In this document: positions 42,170 through 51,402 of the stretch, one piece after another
How the letters are laid out: each line of letters opens with the position of its first letter
Position numbering within the stretch: position 1 is the first letter of the stretch
Origin: Trueperaceae bacterium
GTDB lineage: Bacteria; Deinococcota; Deinococci; Deinococcales; Trueperaceae
Direction: 5' to 3'
Length of the DNA: 64,000 nt
Assembly (NCBI GenBank): GCA_965215565.1
Contig: CBDCDZ010000004.1
Location: 2,208,001-2,272,000, forward strand
Program-made: the position numbers and the translations under genes
The notes under the pieces: generated by a model
What the model was told of the DNA's origin: nothing
Database searches by the model: none
What the model saw: only the letters and a program-made list of their open reading frames with translations

Positions 42170-43894
42170 TCACGCGCCTTTTATACGCTTGAAAAAGGCT
42201 GCGTCAGAGATGAGCGTCTCATGCATTTCAGCGACGAGATAGATTCGGAAGGCGCTCCGGTTGGGCGGCATGTTGGGCTGCCGCAGCGCACGCTTGCCGA
42301 GGCGCTGCACCCTTTCCGGAAGGCGACGTTTGAGCGCCTGCAGCAAGCGCCGCTGGCTGAACGCCGAATCCTCACTCGTAGGGGTTGCGACGCTTAAATT
42401 CTCGGCGACGTGCCCTATAAAAGGCGCAGGAAAAATATCCGCGGCTCGGCTCGAGCTGAGCACGTCGCGCAGATAGGCGACGACTCGCGCGTCCCTAAGC
42501 AGATCGCCCCTAGCGCGCGTCGCTTCGCGCGTTGCGAAAGCGATGCCAGGTCCCTCCTCGGAGACGATGTCTCTAAAGAGCTGCTTATTGGTCCTTAGAA
42601 CATCGGGTAAGGTCCGTACCTGCTTCACTAACCTGCCGGTGATAAGAGGATTGAAGAGTTCGACGTACGGACAGGTGAGGTCACTCAGTGCGGCGAGCAC
42701 CGAGGGAACTCTAAATTCATGGTAGAGGCGGTCGCGCCAGAGCGCTAGACTCTCTTCCGGCTGCTGATGTAGCGCCTCTGGCAGGGGCTGCGCAGGCAAG
42801 TGCGCCTCCAAGTTTTGAAAGTCGCTTGTGAGAAGAAGCCCTAACGAGCGGCGGACGTCCCACACAGTATTGACTCGGTTCCAGCCGAAACCCTCATCGC
42901 CCCGGACGACTCCCTCAATTCCCCCCTCGAACAGGCGTTTCCAAATCTCGAAGCCGTCGGTATAGGCGTAGACGTGGTCGATTCTGCCCTCGCCCGCGAT
43001 TAGAAAGCGGCGAAAGATCACCTCGGTGGGCTCGTCCGAAGCGTCCGTTTCGAAGTAGCGATGTCGAGTGCCGAAGTGTGCAGCGAGCGCCTTAGCGACG
43101 TAAGCGTCGCTCTGTTTATCCTCTAAGGCACTCTTTTTACCCCAAGTAAGCGTCTGGAGCCCCTCGCGCCCTCCTAAGCCCATCAGAATAGCCCGGCTGT
43201 CGTAACCTCCAGAGAGAGGTAGCGCCCACTTGCTGTAGTCTAAGTCGAGGCTACCCAGCACATCCTCTAAGGTCTCCCTCAGCCGCCGCTTATGCTCCTC
43301 TAAACTGAGGCTTTCAGGTTGAAACGTAGCGGGGGTCTGCTCAGCGCTGAGATGCCACGTAACTCGGTCGAGGCGGAGACGCGCGTCCCCCCGGAGGCAT
43401 CTGAGTCGCCGGTCCCAAACGTTGTCGGGACCCAGATGACCCGCTGAAAGCATCCAAAGAGGAGCCGTCTCGTCAGGTTCGAAGCTTCCTAGCAGCGCGA
43501 TGATGGCACGCTGTGAGGTCGCCGCGATGAAAACCGTATCCGTCTGCACATACCAAATCGTACGCGAGGCGAGCACGTCACTCACGATCTCTACAGTATC
43601 TGCGTCGCTGCGGAAAAGGGCAAAGGTACCTTCGGGAACGCTCGCCCCAGGACGCCACCAGTCTGGCGAAGAATCAATTCTCTTACCTAACAGCAGGCTC
43701 GCTCGCTGCGTCAGCGCAGTGCCGCTAGGGTTATAGGCGACGATGCTGACGCCGCTATGCTCGAGGTAGCGAGGCTGCTGAGCCTCGATGTTATCTGGGA
43801 GTAGCCGCTCACTCAGGCGTTCCAGGCGCTCACGCAGCCCCGCCCAAGAGACGTCATCTGCATTTCTCGGGCAGACTAGTACCGCTTTCGACAC
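42170..43894 (-). CDS. Asparagine-synthase-related protein lacking the N-terminal catalytic Cys
   Basis: LPLSGGYDSR ATP-pyrophosphatase motif; starts MSKAV. Confidence 0.7.
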   Translation of the reverse strand: MSKAVLVCPRNADDVSWAGLRERLERLSERLLPDNIEAQQPRYLEHSGVSIVAYNPSGTALTQRASLLLGKRIDSSPDWWRPGASVPEGTFALFRSDADTVEIVSDVLASRTIWYVQTDTVFIAATSQRAIIALLGSFEPDETAPLWMLSAGHLGPDNVWDRRLRCLRGDARLRLDRVTWHLSAEQTPATFQPESLSLEEHKRRLRETLEDVLGSLDLDYSKWALPLSGGYDSRAILMGLGGREGLQTLTWGKKSALEDKQSDAYVAKALAAHFGTRHRYFETDASDEPTEVIFRRFLIAGEGRIDHVYAYTDGFEIWKRLFEGGIEGVVRGDEGFGWNRVNTVWDVRRSLGLLLTSDFQNLEAHLPAQPLPEALHQQPEESLALWRDRLYHEFRVPSVLAALSDLTCPYVELFNPLITGRLVKQVRTLPDVLRTNKQLFRDIVSEEGPGIAFATREATRARGDLLRDARVVAYLRDVLSSSRAADIFPAPFIGHVAENLSVATPTSEDSAFSQRRLLQALKRRLPERVQRLGKRALRQPNMPPNRSAFRIYLVAEMHETLISDAAFFKRIKGA

Positions 43895-44009
43895 ATTGCG
43901 TCCTCTCTACTGCTCAAGTTACAACAGCGCTAAAATCAGTACACTATAAGGACGCCTGGTTACACGTTCCATACATAAAATCACAAGGCTGAAAATCACA
44001 AGTAACAAA

Positions 44010-44029
44010 CAAGGGGTTTCAACCCCTTG
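44010..44029. repeat. CAAGGGGTT/AACCCCTTG REP-like palindrome
   Basis: Perfect 9-bp arms; degenerate copy at 24431-24450. Confidence 0.65.
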
Positions 44030-44157
44030 CTTTGACACCACGTCCAGATAGAGCCACTACCTCACAAGGCTGACTTCTGCTGTCTCATACCTCTTCAGGG
44101 CGACCTCGGCGAACGTGTATCTGCGCTCACTTGGCTGAGGCAAAGCGGCAACGCACT

Positions 44158-44895
44158 CTAACGGCTCGGTGAGGTTTCGCGTACCAGCCGTACGAACCGT
44201 GCGAGCCTCGGAAAGCGGTGCCACCTCTTGCGGTCTAGTCCGACGCGGTATGCCCATTCGAGCCTGAGCGCCCGCGTCCAAGGTGGCGTCCTCTTGACCT
44301 CGCCCGAGAGCACGTCGAGCGCCCCGCCCACGCCGATCATCAGCGGCACGCCCAAGGCGTCTCTATGGCTGTCCAAGAAAAGTTCTTGCCCTTCGCCCAA
44401 ACCTGCCAGCAAGAGGTGGGCGTCACTGCGGGCGACGTGCTCGAGGACGCGCGGCACCTCATCAGGACGCCTGAAGTAACCGTGCTCCACGCCCGCAATA
44501 ACCGTGCCGTAACGCCCACGCGCCACCTCCGCTGCCCGCTGCGCCACGCCCGGTTTCGCCCCCAAAAAGTAGACGCGCAGCCGCGCCCCGCCCAATGCCA
44601 GAATCCGCTCCATTAATTCGACGCCCGGCACGCGCCCCGGCAGCGTCACGCCGAAGCGCCGCGCCGCCCAAGTGATGCCGACGCCGTCAGCGACGGTGAG
44701 GTCAGCGCCCCGCAGGGCGCGTTTGAGGTCTGGATGCGTCTCGGCTTGCACTACGATTTCGGGATTTAGTGTGACGAGGAGTTTGGGAGAGCCCGCGTTC
44801 AGACACTGCGCCACGCTCCACTGCGCCGCCTCGTCCAGGGTACAGCGCGCAACCTTGTAGCCGAGCACATCGACCTCTTGCACCGCCTCGTTCAC
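44158..44895 (-). CDS. WecB/TagA/CpsF family glycosyltransferase
   Basis: VTLNPE, ADGVG, RVPGVEL, HGYF, GVGGALD, LEWAYR. Confidence 0.92.
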   Translation of the reverse strand: MNEAVQEVDVLGYKVARCTLDEAAQWSVAQCLNAGSPKLLVTLNPEIVVQAETHPDLKRALRGADLTVADGVGITWAARRFGVTLPGRVPGVELMERILALGGARLRVYFLGAKPGVAQRAAEVARGRYGTVIAGVEHGYFRRPDEVPRVLEHVARSDAHLLLAGLGEGQELFLDSHRDALGVPLMIGVGGALDVLSGEVKRTPPWTRALRLEWAYRVGLDRKRWHRFPRLARFVRLVRETSPSR

Positions 44896-45065
44896 GGTTG
44901 GACGTACCTAAAAGAGACTCGAGCTTTAATGCTTTTGAACCCGCGCACGTGAAAGATAGTAACACGCGCCTGTCGAACTGTCCTGTCGAACTGCCCCATC
45001 AACCTATTCGGGCGGCTGCAACGCATCTGACGGTTCGCTCGCGCCTCGCGCGGTAGGCTTGCTTC

Positions 45066-46634
45066 GTGTCCACTTCACCCGAATCCTTCAGCGAGCGCTA
45101 TCTCGGGGGCGCGCTGTCCGACTTTTACAGCCTCGAGCCCACCGACGTGGGCGCAGCCCTGGACCTACCGCGCGCCGCCGACAGGGACGCCCTCACCCGA
45201 GCCCTGCGCCGCTACGCCGACAAGCTGAACGCGCCAGGAGCCGTTTTCACCTCTTTGGACGCTCTGACGCACAGGGACAGTCGCGCCGTCGTCACCGGGC
45301 AACAAGTCGGACTTTTACTCGGACCGCTCTACACCCTCTCTAAAGCGGTTACGGCGGTCAATCTGGCCCGAAGGCTCAGCACTGAAGAGAAGCCCGTCGT
45401 GCCGATTTTCTGGCTCGCCTCGCAAGACGGCGACAGCGACGAGATCAATCACGCTTACCTGCTGGGCTTTGACGAGAAACTGCGCAGGCTCGAGCTTCCC
45501 CTACCCGCTGACGTGCCTGCTGGACGAATCAGGCTCGAGCCGAGTTGGGTAGAGACCGTCACTGCCTCTCTGCGCGCGCTGAGCGCTCACGAGCCCTACA
45601 AAGAGGCTTACCGAGACGAGGTGCTAGAACTCGTCTCGAGCGCCGCCGAACGCGCCGAGACGGTTGCGGACTGGTTCGCCGCAATGCTCTACGACCTCTT
45701 AGGCGCTGAGGGGCTCGTCATCCTTAACCCCTTGGAGCCCGACGTCGCGCCCCTCTTCCGCCCTACTATAGAAGCTGAGTTAGACGAGCCAAGGGCGTCC
45801 TCGCTAGCCATCAACGGCGCAGGCGAAAAGCTCCGTGAAAGGGGCTTCGCGCCGCAACTCGGGCGCGGCGAGGAGGCGACGAACCTCTTTTTAGAAGAGG
45901 ACGGTCAACGTCGCTTGCTCCGCTTTGGCGAGCCCGAGTTCTATACCGAACGCAACCTCTACACCTCGGACGACCTGAGAAAGATTCTGGACGAAGACCC
46001 GAGCCGCCTCACACCCGCCGCAGGCTTGCGCCCCATCACCCAAGACGCTGCGCTACCTACCGCCGCCACCGTCGTCGGGCCGGGCGAGCTGCGCTACTTC
46101 GCGCAACTCAAAGGGGTGTACGAAGCGCACTGCGTCGCGATGCCTCTCATCTACCCGCGCATGGAGGTCACAATCTTAGAGCCACCCGCGCGGCGTATTT
46201 TAGAAAAGTACAACCTCTCTGCTGAAGCGGTGCAAGCGGACTTTGGTTCTATCTACGACGAGTTGCTTCTAAATCTACGGGGTCACGGTGAAGCGTTCGA
46301 GCGGAGTTTGAGTGAGCTAGAGAGGGTAGCGAAAAACCTCACGGCGCACGTCGCGGCGATCGACCCGACGCTAGAACGAACCGTGGAGCGCGGCGAGGAA
46401 CACATGCGTAAGACCGTGGAACGCTTCCGCTTCAAGAGCGCGCGCGCCCTGCGCAAAAGAGACACCCTCGCGTCTGAGCAGTTCAAGCGGTTAAAAGCGC
46501 ACCTCTTGCCGACGGGCAAACCCCAAGAGCGCGTGCTGAGCCCCTTCAGCTTCTTTTTGAAACTCGGCGCGAAGAACGTGGTGGAGCGTCTTTTAGCGCT
46601 CCCCGCCGAACGCTCGCATGAGGTGAAGTTCTAG
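45066..46634 (+). CDS. bshC: Bacillithiol biosynthesis cysteine-adding enzyme
   Basis: VVTGQQ.GL..GPLYT..KA, PIFWLAS.D.D..EINH, VGPGELRYFAQL, PQER. Confidence 0.92.
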   Translation: MSTSPESFSERYLGGALSDFYSLEPTDVGAALDLPRAADRDALTRALRRYADKLNAPGAVFTSLDALTHRDSRAVVTGQQVGLLLGPLYTLSKAVTAVNLARRLSTEEKPVVPIFWLASQDGDSDEINHAYLLGFDEKLRRLELPLPADVPAGRIRLEPSWVETVTASLRALSAHEPYKEAYRDEVLELVSSAAERAETVADWFAAMLYDLLGAEGLVILNPLEPDVAPLFRPTIEAELDEPRASSLAINGAGEKLRERGFAPQLGRGEEATNLFLEEDGQRRLLRFGEPEFYTERNLYTSDDLRKILDEDPSRLTPAAGLRPITQDAALPTAATVVGPGELRYFAQLKGVYEAHCVAMPLIYPRMEVTILEPPARRILEKYNLSAEAVQADFGSIYDELLLNLRGHGEAFERSLSELERVAKNLTAHVAAIDPTLERTVERGEEHMRKTVERFRFKSARALRKRDTLASEQFKRLKAHLLPTGKPQERVLSPFSFFLKLGAKNVVERLLALPAERSHEVKF

Positions 46635-46660
46635 GTTGAGCAACTCACACATTTTGAATA

Positions 46661-46771
46661 TAGCAGGTATCATCTGGTTTGAGCCAATCTCACATGATAG
46701 AACAACGACTAGCACGCACATTATCGGATAATATCTGCGCTATTTCAGTCCAATACTTCTGATAACCGCTA
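46661..46771. repeat. MITE-like dispersed element, copy 4 (shortest; TA on both flanks)
   Basis: TA-TAGCAGGTATCATCTGGTTTGAG...TAGCACGCAC...ATATCTGCG...GATAACCGCTA-TA. Confidence 0.78.
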
Positions 46772-46890
46772 TAGTCGTCAGATAGTGACTTTGGGGCATA
46801 TCCAGCAGGTTCGCGCATCGTCAAAATTCAAGCTGTGATGTCCGAAGATAACGCTGACCTCTTGTGTAGCGGAGAAGTCGAGAGTAGGTT

Positions 46891-48027
46891 ATGACCAAAC
46901 CCAAAATCGCCATCGGCTGGATTCTCGCCTCAAAGCTCACCGACACCGCGCTCGCGGCGCGCTACGACGAGGCGAGCGAAAGGCTGCTCGCACACCTTCA
47001 GGCGCAGTTCCCTTCGTTTAACTGGCAGCTTGAGCGCGTCGAGCGCCGCGCTTTTCCCGCCGCCGGGCTCCTCAAACCGCTTCCCCTCTTAGAACTCGGC
47101 GCAGAGGAGAAACTCCATCACCAGTGGGACTTTGCTCTCGTCGTCGTGCCGAACGATCTAGAGCCGAGGCAACGCATCTCGACTTTAGGAATTCCCTCAT
47201 CGGCGCTCGAAGTGGCGGTGCTCTCGAGCGCCCGCCTCGGCCCTCACGACGCGCTCCCCGAACGTTTAGCCACCCTCGCGCTGCACCTCTTAGGACACCT
47301 CTTCACCCTGGAATATGCCGACGAGGGCCCGATGTGCCCGCCAGATGAGGTAGCGCGGCTCACCTTAGAGCCCTTCCCGAAAGCGCAGTACGAAACCGCG
47401 CAAGATGCGCTGCGAGATGTAGCGGACGCGAGGCTCGAGGAGACCAACACCCGTTGGAACGTCGTCACCTTCTACTTCCGCGCCTTTTTCAGCGATCCGA
47501 GTTCTATAATGCGGAGCATCTGGGGTTACGCGCCCTGGAAGATGCCGCTCTATCTGGGGCGTTTGACGGCGACGGTCATCGTCTCGCTGCTGTTCTTGCT
47601 CCTCACCGCCGAGTCGTGGGAGGCGGGCACGAACTCGCGGCTCGTTTGGCTCCTCGCTGGCTCGGGGGCGGCGATCACGGCCTCGAGCCTGTTCATCTTC
47701 TACGGACAAAATTTAGAGCAGCTCGGTCACGGCCCCGGCAGCGGCTGGAGCGAACAACTCGCCCGGAGCCGCATTGTCTTATTCGGCACGCTCTTCGCCG
47801 GGATGATTTCGCTCTGGTTCGTCCTCTTCTTCTTGCTATTCATGGTCTCCTACGCGCTCCCTCTCGGCGTCGTTGCAGGCTGGTCAGGCTTCGAGCCCGC
47901 CGACTTGCCCCGCCTCAATTACGTGATGTTCATGGCGTCGATTGGAATTTTGGCGGCGGCGCTAGGTGGAAATTTGGAGGACGAGGGGGAGATTAAAGCG
48001 GCGCTGTTTTTCGACGAAGAGGTTTGA
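46891..48027 (+). CDS. Hypothetical protein: zincin-like N-terminal domain plus about 4 TM helices
   Basis: Long ORF, HLLGHLF motif, hydrophobic C-terminal half. Confidence 0.7.
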   Translation: MTKPKIAIGWILASKLTDTALAARYDEASERLLAHLQAQFPSFNWQLERVERRAFPAAGLLKPLPLLELGAEEKLHHQWDFALVVVPNDLEPRQRISTLGIPSSALEVAVLSSARLGPHDALPERLATLALHLLGHLFTLEYADEGPMCPPDEVARLTLEPFPKAQYETAQDALRDVADARLEETNTRWNVVTFYFRAFFSDPSSIMRSIWGYAPWKMPLYLGRLTATVIVSLLFLLLTAESWEAGTNSRLVWLLAGSGAAITASSLFIFYGQNLEQLGHGPGSGWSEQLARSRIVLFGTLFAGMISLWFVLFFLLFMVSYALPLGVVAGWSGFEPADLPRLNYVMFMASIGILAAALGGNLEDEGEIKAALFFDEEV

Positions 48028-48677
48028 AAGGTTTACACAGGAGATACGATCCAGATTTCTTCCGCCGCGCAAAGAGATAACCCATAGCGGTAGCTACGGG
48101 TTAAATAGCCTAGACTCCTGTAGAGAAGTTTAGCTGTTCGGACAGTTTGGCTCGAGCGCTTCTAGCTTCTCGATAGCGAAAGCGACACACTCTGACAAGG
48201 TTTCTGCCCGAGTTTCCACTATAACGTCGGGAAACGAACAGGCAAAACGACTCGTTCCAATCTCTGCTACCAAGATAACGTGTGTCAGTATAGGAAGAAC
48301 TAACACGCGCACGTAATACCTTGTTTTCTAAGCCTCCACCCAGAAACTCGAACTTACTTCTCGTATCCGCCGCGGGAGGGTAGACTCTCAGATACCCGGC
48401 GAGCGCATCTGTGTGGAGCAAATTGGATTCAGAAAACGTCTTGATGTCCCACGTTGCCTCAAACTGTCTATTTTTTTTACCGTCCATGATGTAGATGCCC
48501 GGCTTATTCCGGGTTTGAATATGTTGACCACGGCTAGTTTACCTCTGCAATTCAAGCGGCGCGAAGTTAAGCGGTTGAATGGTGGAGGGGCGGCGGAGAT
48601 ACTTTGCGCTTAATCGCCCGAGCCCCCATCCTACCTGCTAAACTGAGTTTATCCGCATTTGTAAATGGAGAAAAATT

Positions 48678-48878
48678 ATGCGCGACTTTTTTAGAGAACT
48701 AGGGAAGATCGAGATTAGTCCTTTAGGGTTAATCGTAGTGGTAGCGGTTGGCTATATCGCTCTTATTTCTGCGCTAGCGTCTTATATAGGCGAGCCAGAC
48801 TTAGTAGTGAGCAACGTAGCGGCTCTAGGAGGAGCCTTTTTAGGCTCTTTCCTCATGTCAGCCCTTTTAAGTCGGTAA
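48678..48878 (+). CDS. Small hypothetical two-helix membrane protein
   Basis: GGAG RBS, two hydrophobic segments, downstream hairpin at 48926-48951. Confidence 0.6.
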   Translation: MRDFFRELGKIEISPLGLIVVVAVGYIALISALASYIGEPDLVVSNVAALGGAFLGSFLMSALLSR

Positions 48879-49090
48879 CCCTAGCTGTCACCGAAAGCTG
48901 AATTTACCCTTTAGTTTTTGGTACGGAGATGTAGGCTTACGCCTGCATCTCTTCACTTTTTGCTCAGAGCGTAGGCGTAAGGGGATGGAATCCCCTCTGT
49001 CAACCTTGCGTTCTTCGCCAGGGCGCAGGTGATCGCTGGGTCTCGAGCTTTCTCACTTTCCCCCCTCAAAGAGGTGCGCTACACTGCGCT

Positions 49091-49717
49091 ATGGATTTTC
49101 AAACGGAGCGCGAACTCAAATTTTCTTTAATGGACGAGTCGCTAGAAGAGGAGGCGTTGCAACTCGGCTTGGAGACGGAGGGTTTCAGCCTCGGACCTCA
49201 GCGTGTGGAGGTGCACCGTGACCTCTACTTCGACACGAGAAGAGGTCATTTGGAGCGCTCAGGCTTGGCGCTCAGGCGGCGCGTGATCAACGGCGGCGCG
49301 CCTCTCGCGACGCTCAAGGCGGCGGGCACGGCGCGGGGGGCGTTGCACGTCAGGGACGAGCTAGAGCTTCCATTCGAGGGTGAGGCGTGGCCGCGAGAGG
49401 TCCGCATGAGAGTGGCGGAGGTTGCGCCGCTCATCTCGCTGCAGCCCGTGGTGGCGCTGACGACGGAGCGCACCCGCTACCTCGTAGGGCGCAGAGGGGA
49501 AGAGGTGGCAGAGCTATCTTTCGATAGCGTGGAGGCGAAACGCTCGGGGGAAGAGGTGAGCGTGCATTTTGCGGAGTTAGAAATCGAGGCGCTACGGGCG
49601 GACGCTGACTTGGAGCGTATCGCGGGGGTGCTCGGTAAACTCTTAGCGCTCACCCCGAGCGGCGTGAATAAGCTAGAGCGCGCTTTGGCCCTTCTCAGTT
49701 TGGGCGCGTGGGCTTAA
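49091..49717 (+). CDS. CYTH domain protein
   Basis: ERELKF, DLYFDT, LRRR, ELEIE. Confidence 0.88.
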   Translation: MDFQTERELKFSLMDESLEEEALQLGLETEGFSLGPQRVEVHRDLYFDTRRGHLERSGLALRRRVINGGAPLATLKAAGTARGALHVRDELELPFEGEAWPREVRMRVAEVAPLISLQPVVALTTERTRYLVGRRGEEVAELSFDSVEAKRSGEEVSVHFAELEIEALRADADLERIAGVLGKLLALTPSGVNKLERALALLSLGAWA

Positions 49718-49741
49718 ACCTATGGATTTGGGAGCACAAGT

Positions 49742-50311
49742 GTGACGCTCTACCTCATTCGCCACGCGCAAGCCGACGCGCGCGGACCCAAATATCCTGA
49801 CGACAGTCTTCGTCCACTCGTTGCCAAAGGTCACAAGCAAGCAAAGGCGCTAGCGAGGGCGTTTCATGTTCTTGGCGTACGGTTGGATAGACTGTTCTCG
49901 AGCCCCTACACTAGAGCGCTGGAGACCGCCCAGCCGTTGGGGGAGCAGCTCGAGGTGAAAGTTGAAACGCTCGCCGAACTGACCTCTTCGCGTTATCCAC
50001 AGCTCTTGGGGCGGCTTGTGGATAAGGGTGTGGATAAGGGTGTGGACAACCTCATGCACGAAGGGGCGAGCGAACCTGTGGATAAGGGTGTGGATAACTC
50101 GAGAAGTAGCACCGCAGACGGCGCGCACGTCGCCCTCGTCGGTCACGAACCCTACCTGAGCGAGCTGACCTCTTACCTCTTGACGGGGGACGCTTGGGAG
50201 GTCAGCATAAAATTCAAAAAAGCGATGGTGGTGCAACTCGGGGGACGCTTGGAGGCGGGTAAAATGACGCTTCAAATGATGACGCCCGTGAGCGTGTACA
50301 GGAAGTTTTAG
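49742..50311 (+). CDS. sixA: SixA-like histidine phosphatase with an internal VDKG-repeat segment
   Basis: LYLIRHA, RPL..KG, SSPYTRALETA, LVGHEP. Confidence 0.85.
   Translation: MTLYLIRHAQADARGPKYPDDSLRPLVAKGHKQAKALARAFHVLGVRLDRLFSSPYTRALETAQPLGEQLEVKVETLAELTSSRYPQLLGRLVDKGVDKGVDNLMHEGASEPVDKGVDNSRSSTADGAHVALVGHEPYLSELTSYLLTGDAWEVSIKFKKAMVVQLGGRLEAGKMTLQMMTPVSVYRKF
49993..50097. promoter_or_regulatory. Cluster of six DnaA-box 9-mers inside the sixA CDS
   Basis: TTATCCACA at 49993; TGTGGATAA at 50017, 50029, 50077, 50089; TGTGGACAA at 50041. Confidence 0.8.
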
Positions 50312-50369
50312 CGCGCAGCTTCGTTCTATAGCGCCTACTCCGCCCTCGCGAGGTCCGTTATGGTGAGCT

Positions 50370-51314
50370 ATGGAGAGAGTGGAAGAACGTCCTGTTTTAG
50401 TCATCGCGGGTGCGTCCGGTGTCGTCGGTACGCACCTCATCCATCAGGCTAGAGAGCGCTACAACATCCGCATCCTGACGCGCCGCAGCAACATCCAAAC
50501 GCCTGCGGGCGTCACGCCTGTCGTGTGGAACCCGACTGCGGCTAAAGAGGGAGACGAGGCGGCGCTGCTCAGCGTCGGTGAAGCGCTTTCGGGCGCGGCG
50601 GCGCTCGTCAACCTTGCGGGTGCGTCGATTGCGGACGGAAGGCTGGGCGAAGACCATAAACGCCGCGTCCTGGAGAGCCGCGTCGACAGCACGAAGACGC
50701 TTTTGGCAGCGCATAAACGTAGCGCCGCGCCGCCGGGCGTCTGGCTGCAAGGCTCAGCGACGGGCTATTACGGCGACGCGGGCGAACGCGAACTCACAGA
50801 GGACGCGCCGAGCGCCGAGGATTTCTTTCTCGCGGACGTGTGTAAAGCGTGGGAAGCAGCCGCCGAGAACGCGAACGGTGCACGTCTCATCGTCAGCCGC
50901 ACCGGGCTCGTTCTCGCCCAAGATGCCCCCGCGTGGCAAAAAATGCTCTTGCCCATCAAACTTTTCGTGGGCGGGCGCTTCGGCGACGGCGAGCAGTGGT
51001 ATCCGTGGATCGACGCCGACGACCTCGCGCGGGCGCTGCTCTTTCTTACCGAAAATAGCGAGAGTAAAGGCGTCTACAACCTCTCTGCGCCGGAGCCCGT
51101 GCGCCAGATTGAGCTTGTCGAGCGGGCAGCGCGGCGCTTAGGACGCCCCGCCATCTTCCCCACACCTGCGCCGCTCCTGCGCCTAGCCATTGGTGAAGTC
51201 GCGGACGCGCTCCTCTTGCCGAGCGCCAAGGTGATACCAGCGAAGCTGCAAGCCGAAGGCTTCACCTTTCAGCGCGCGCATATAGGGGATGAATTGGATA
51301 AGCTTCTCGCCTGA
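50370..51314 (+). CDS. TIGR01777 family (YfcH-like) oxidoreductase
   Basis: GASGVVG, VNLAGASI, SATGYYG, FLADVCKAWE, GDGEQWYPWI. Confidence 0.9.
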   Translation: MERVEERPVLVIAGASGVVGTHLIHQARERYNIRILTRRSNIQTPAGVTPVVWNPTAAKEGDEAALLSVGEALSGAAALVNLAGASIADGRLGEDHKRRVLESRVDSTKTLLAAHKRSAAPPGVWLQGSATGYYGDAGERELTEDAPSAEDFFLADVCKAWEAAAENANGARLIVSRTGLVLAQDAPAWQKMLLPIKLFVGGRFGDGEQWYPWIDADDLARALLFLTENSESKGVYNLSAPEPVRQIELVERAARRLGRPAIFPTPAPLLRLAIGEVADALLLPSAKVIPAKLQAEGFTFQRAHIGDELDKLLA

Positions 51315-51402
51315 AGTCTATCTTTTGGAAAAAATATGTACATTCTGACATTTCCCTAGCGCTCACCCCGTCACCGCCCGTTTCTTGGTACGCTAGTTCA
51401 CT

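Noticed and set aside
43976..44073. Repeated TCACAAG(GCTGA) words, with similar TCACAA words at 13838-13862
   Set aside because: Short and irregularly spaced; could be regulator half-sites but cannot be told from chance.
44970..44995. 13-bp tandem repeat CTGTCGAACTG(T/C)C in the divergent tagA-bshC spacer
   Set aside because: Only two copies; simple slippage is a sufficient explanation.
48110..48487. Overlapping minus-strand ORFs of 125 aa and 60 aa in a lower-GC patch
   Set aside because: No recognisable motif; may be a frameshifted remnant, but I cannot assign it.
48580..48631. Minus-strand hairpin ending ...CCCCTCCACCA, resembling a tRNA-Ala or tmRNA 3' end
   Set aside because: Only about 50 nt, with no TTCRA T-loop or cloverleaf; cannot support an RNA gene or att site.
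49900..50200. DnaA-box cluster as the chromosomal oriC
   Set aside because: It lies inside an intact CDS with no AT-rich unwinding region and no dnaA or dnaN nearby; kept only as a non-origin cluster hypothesis.
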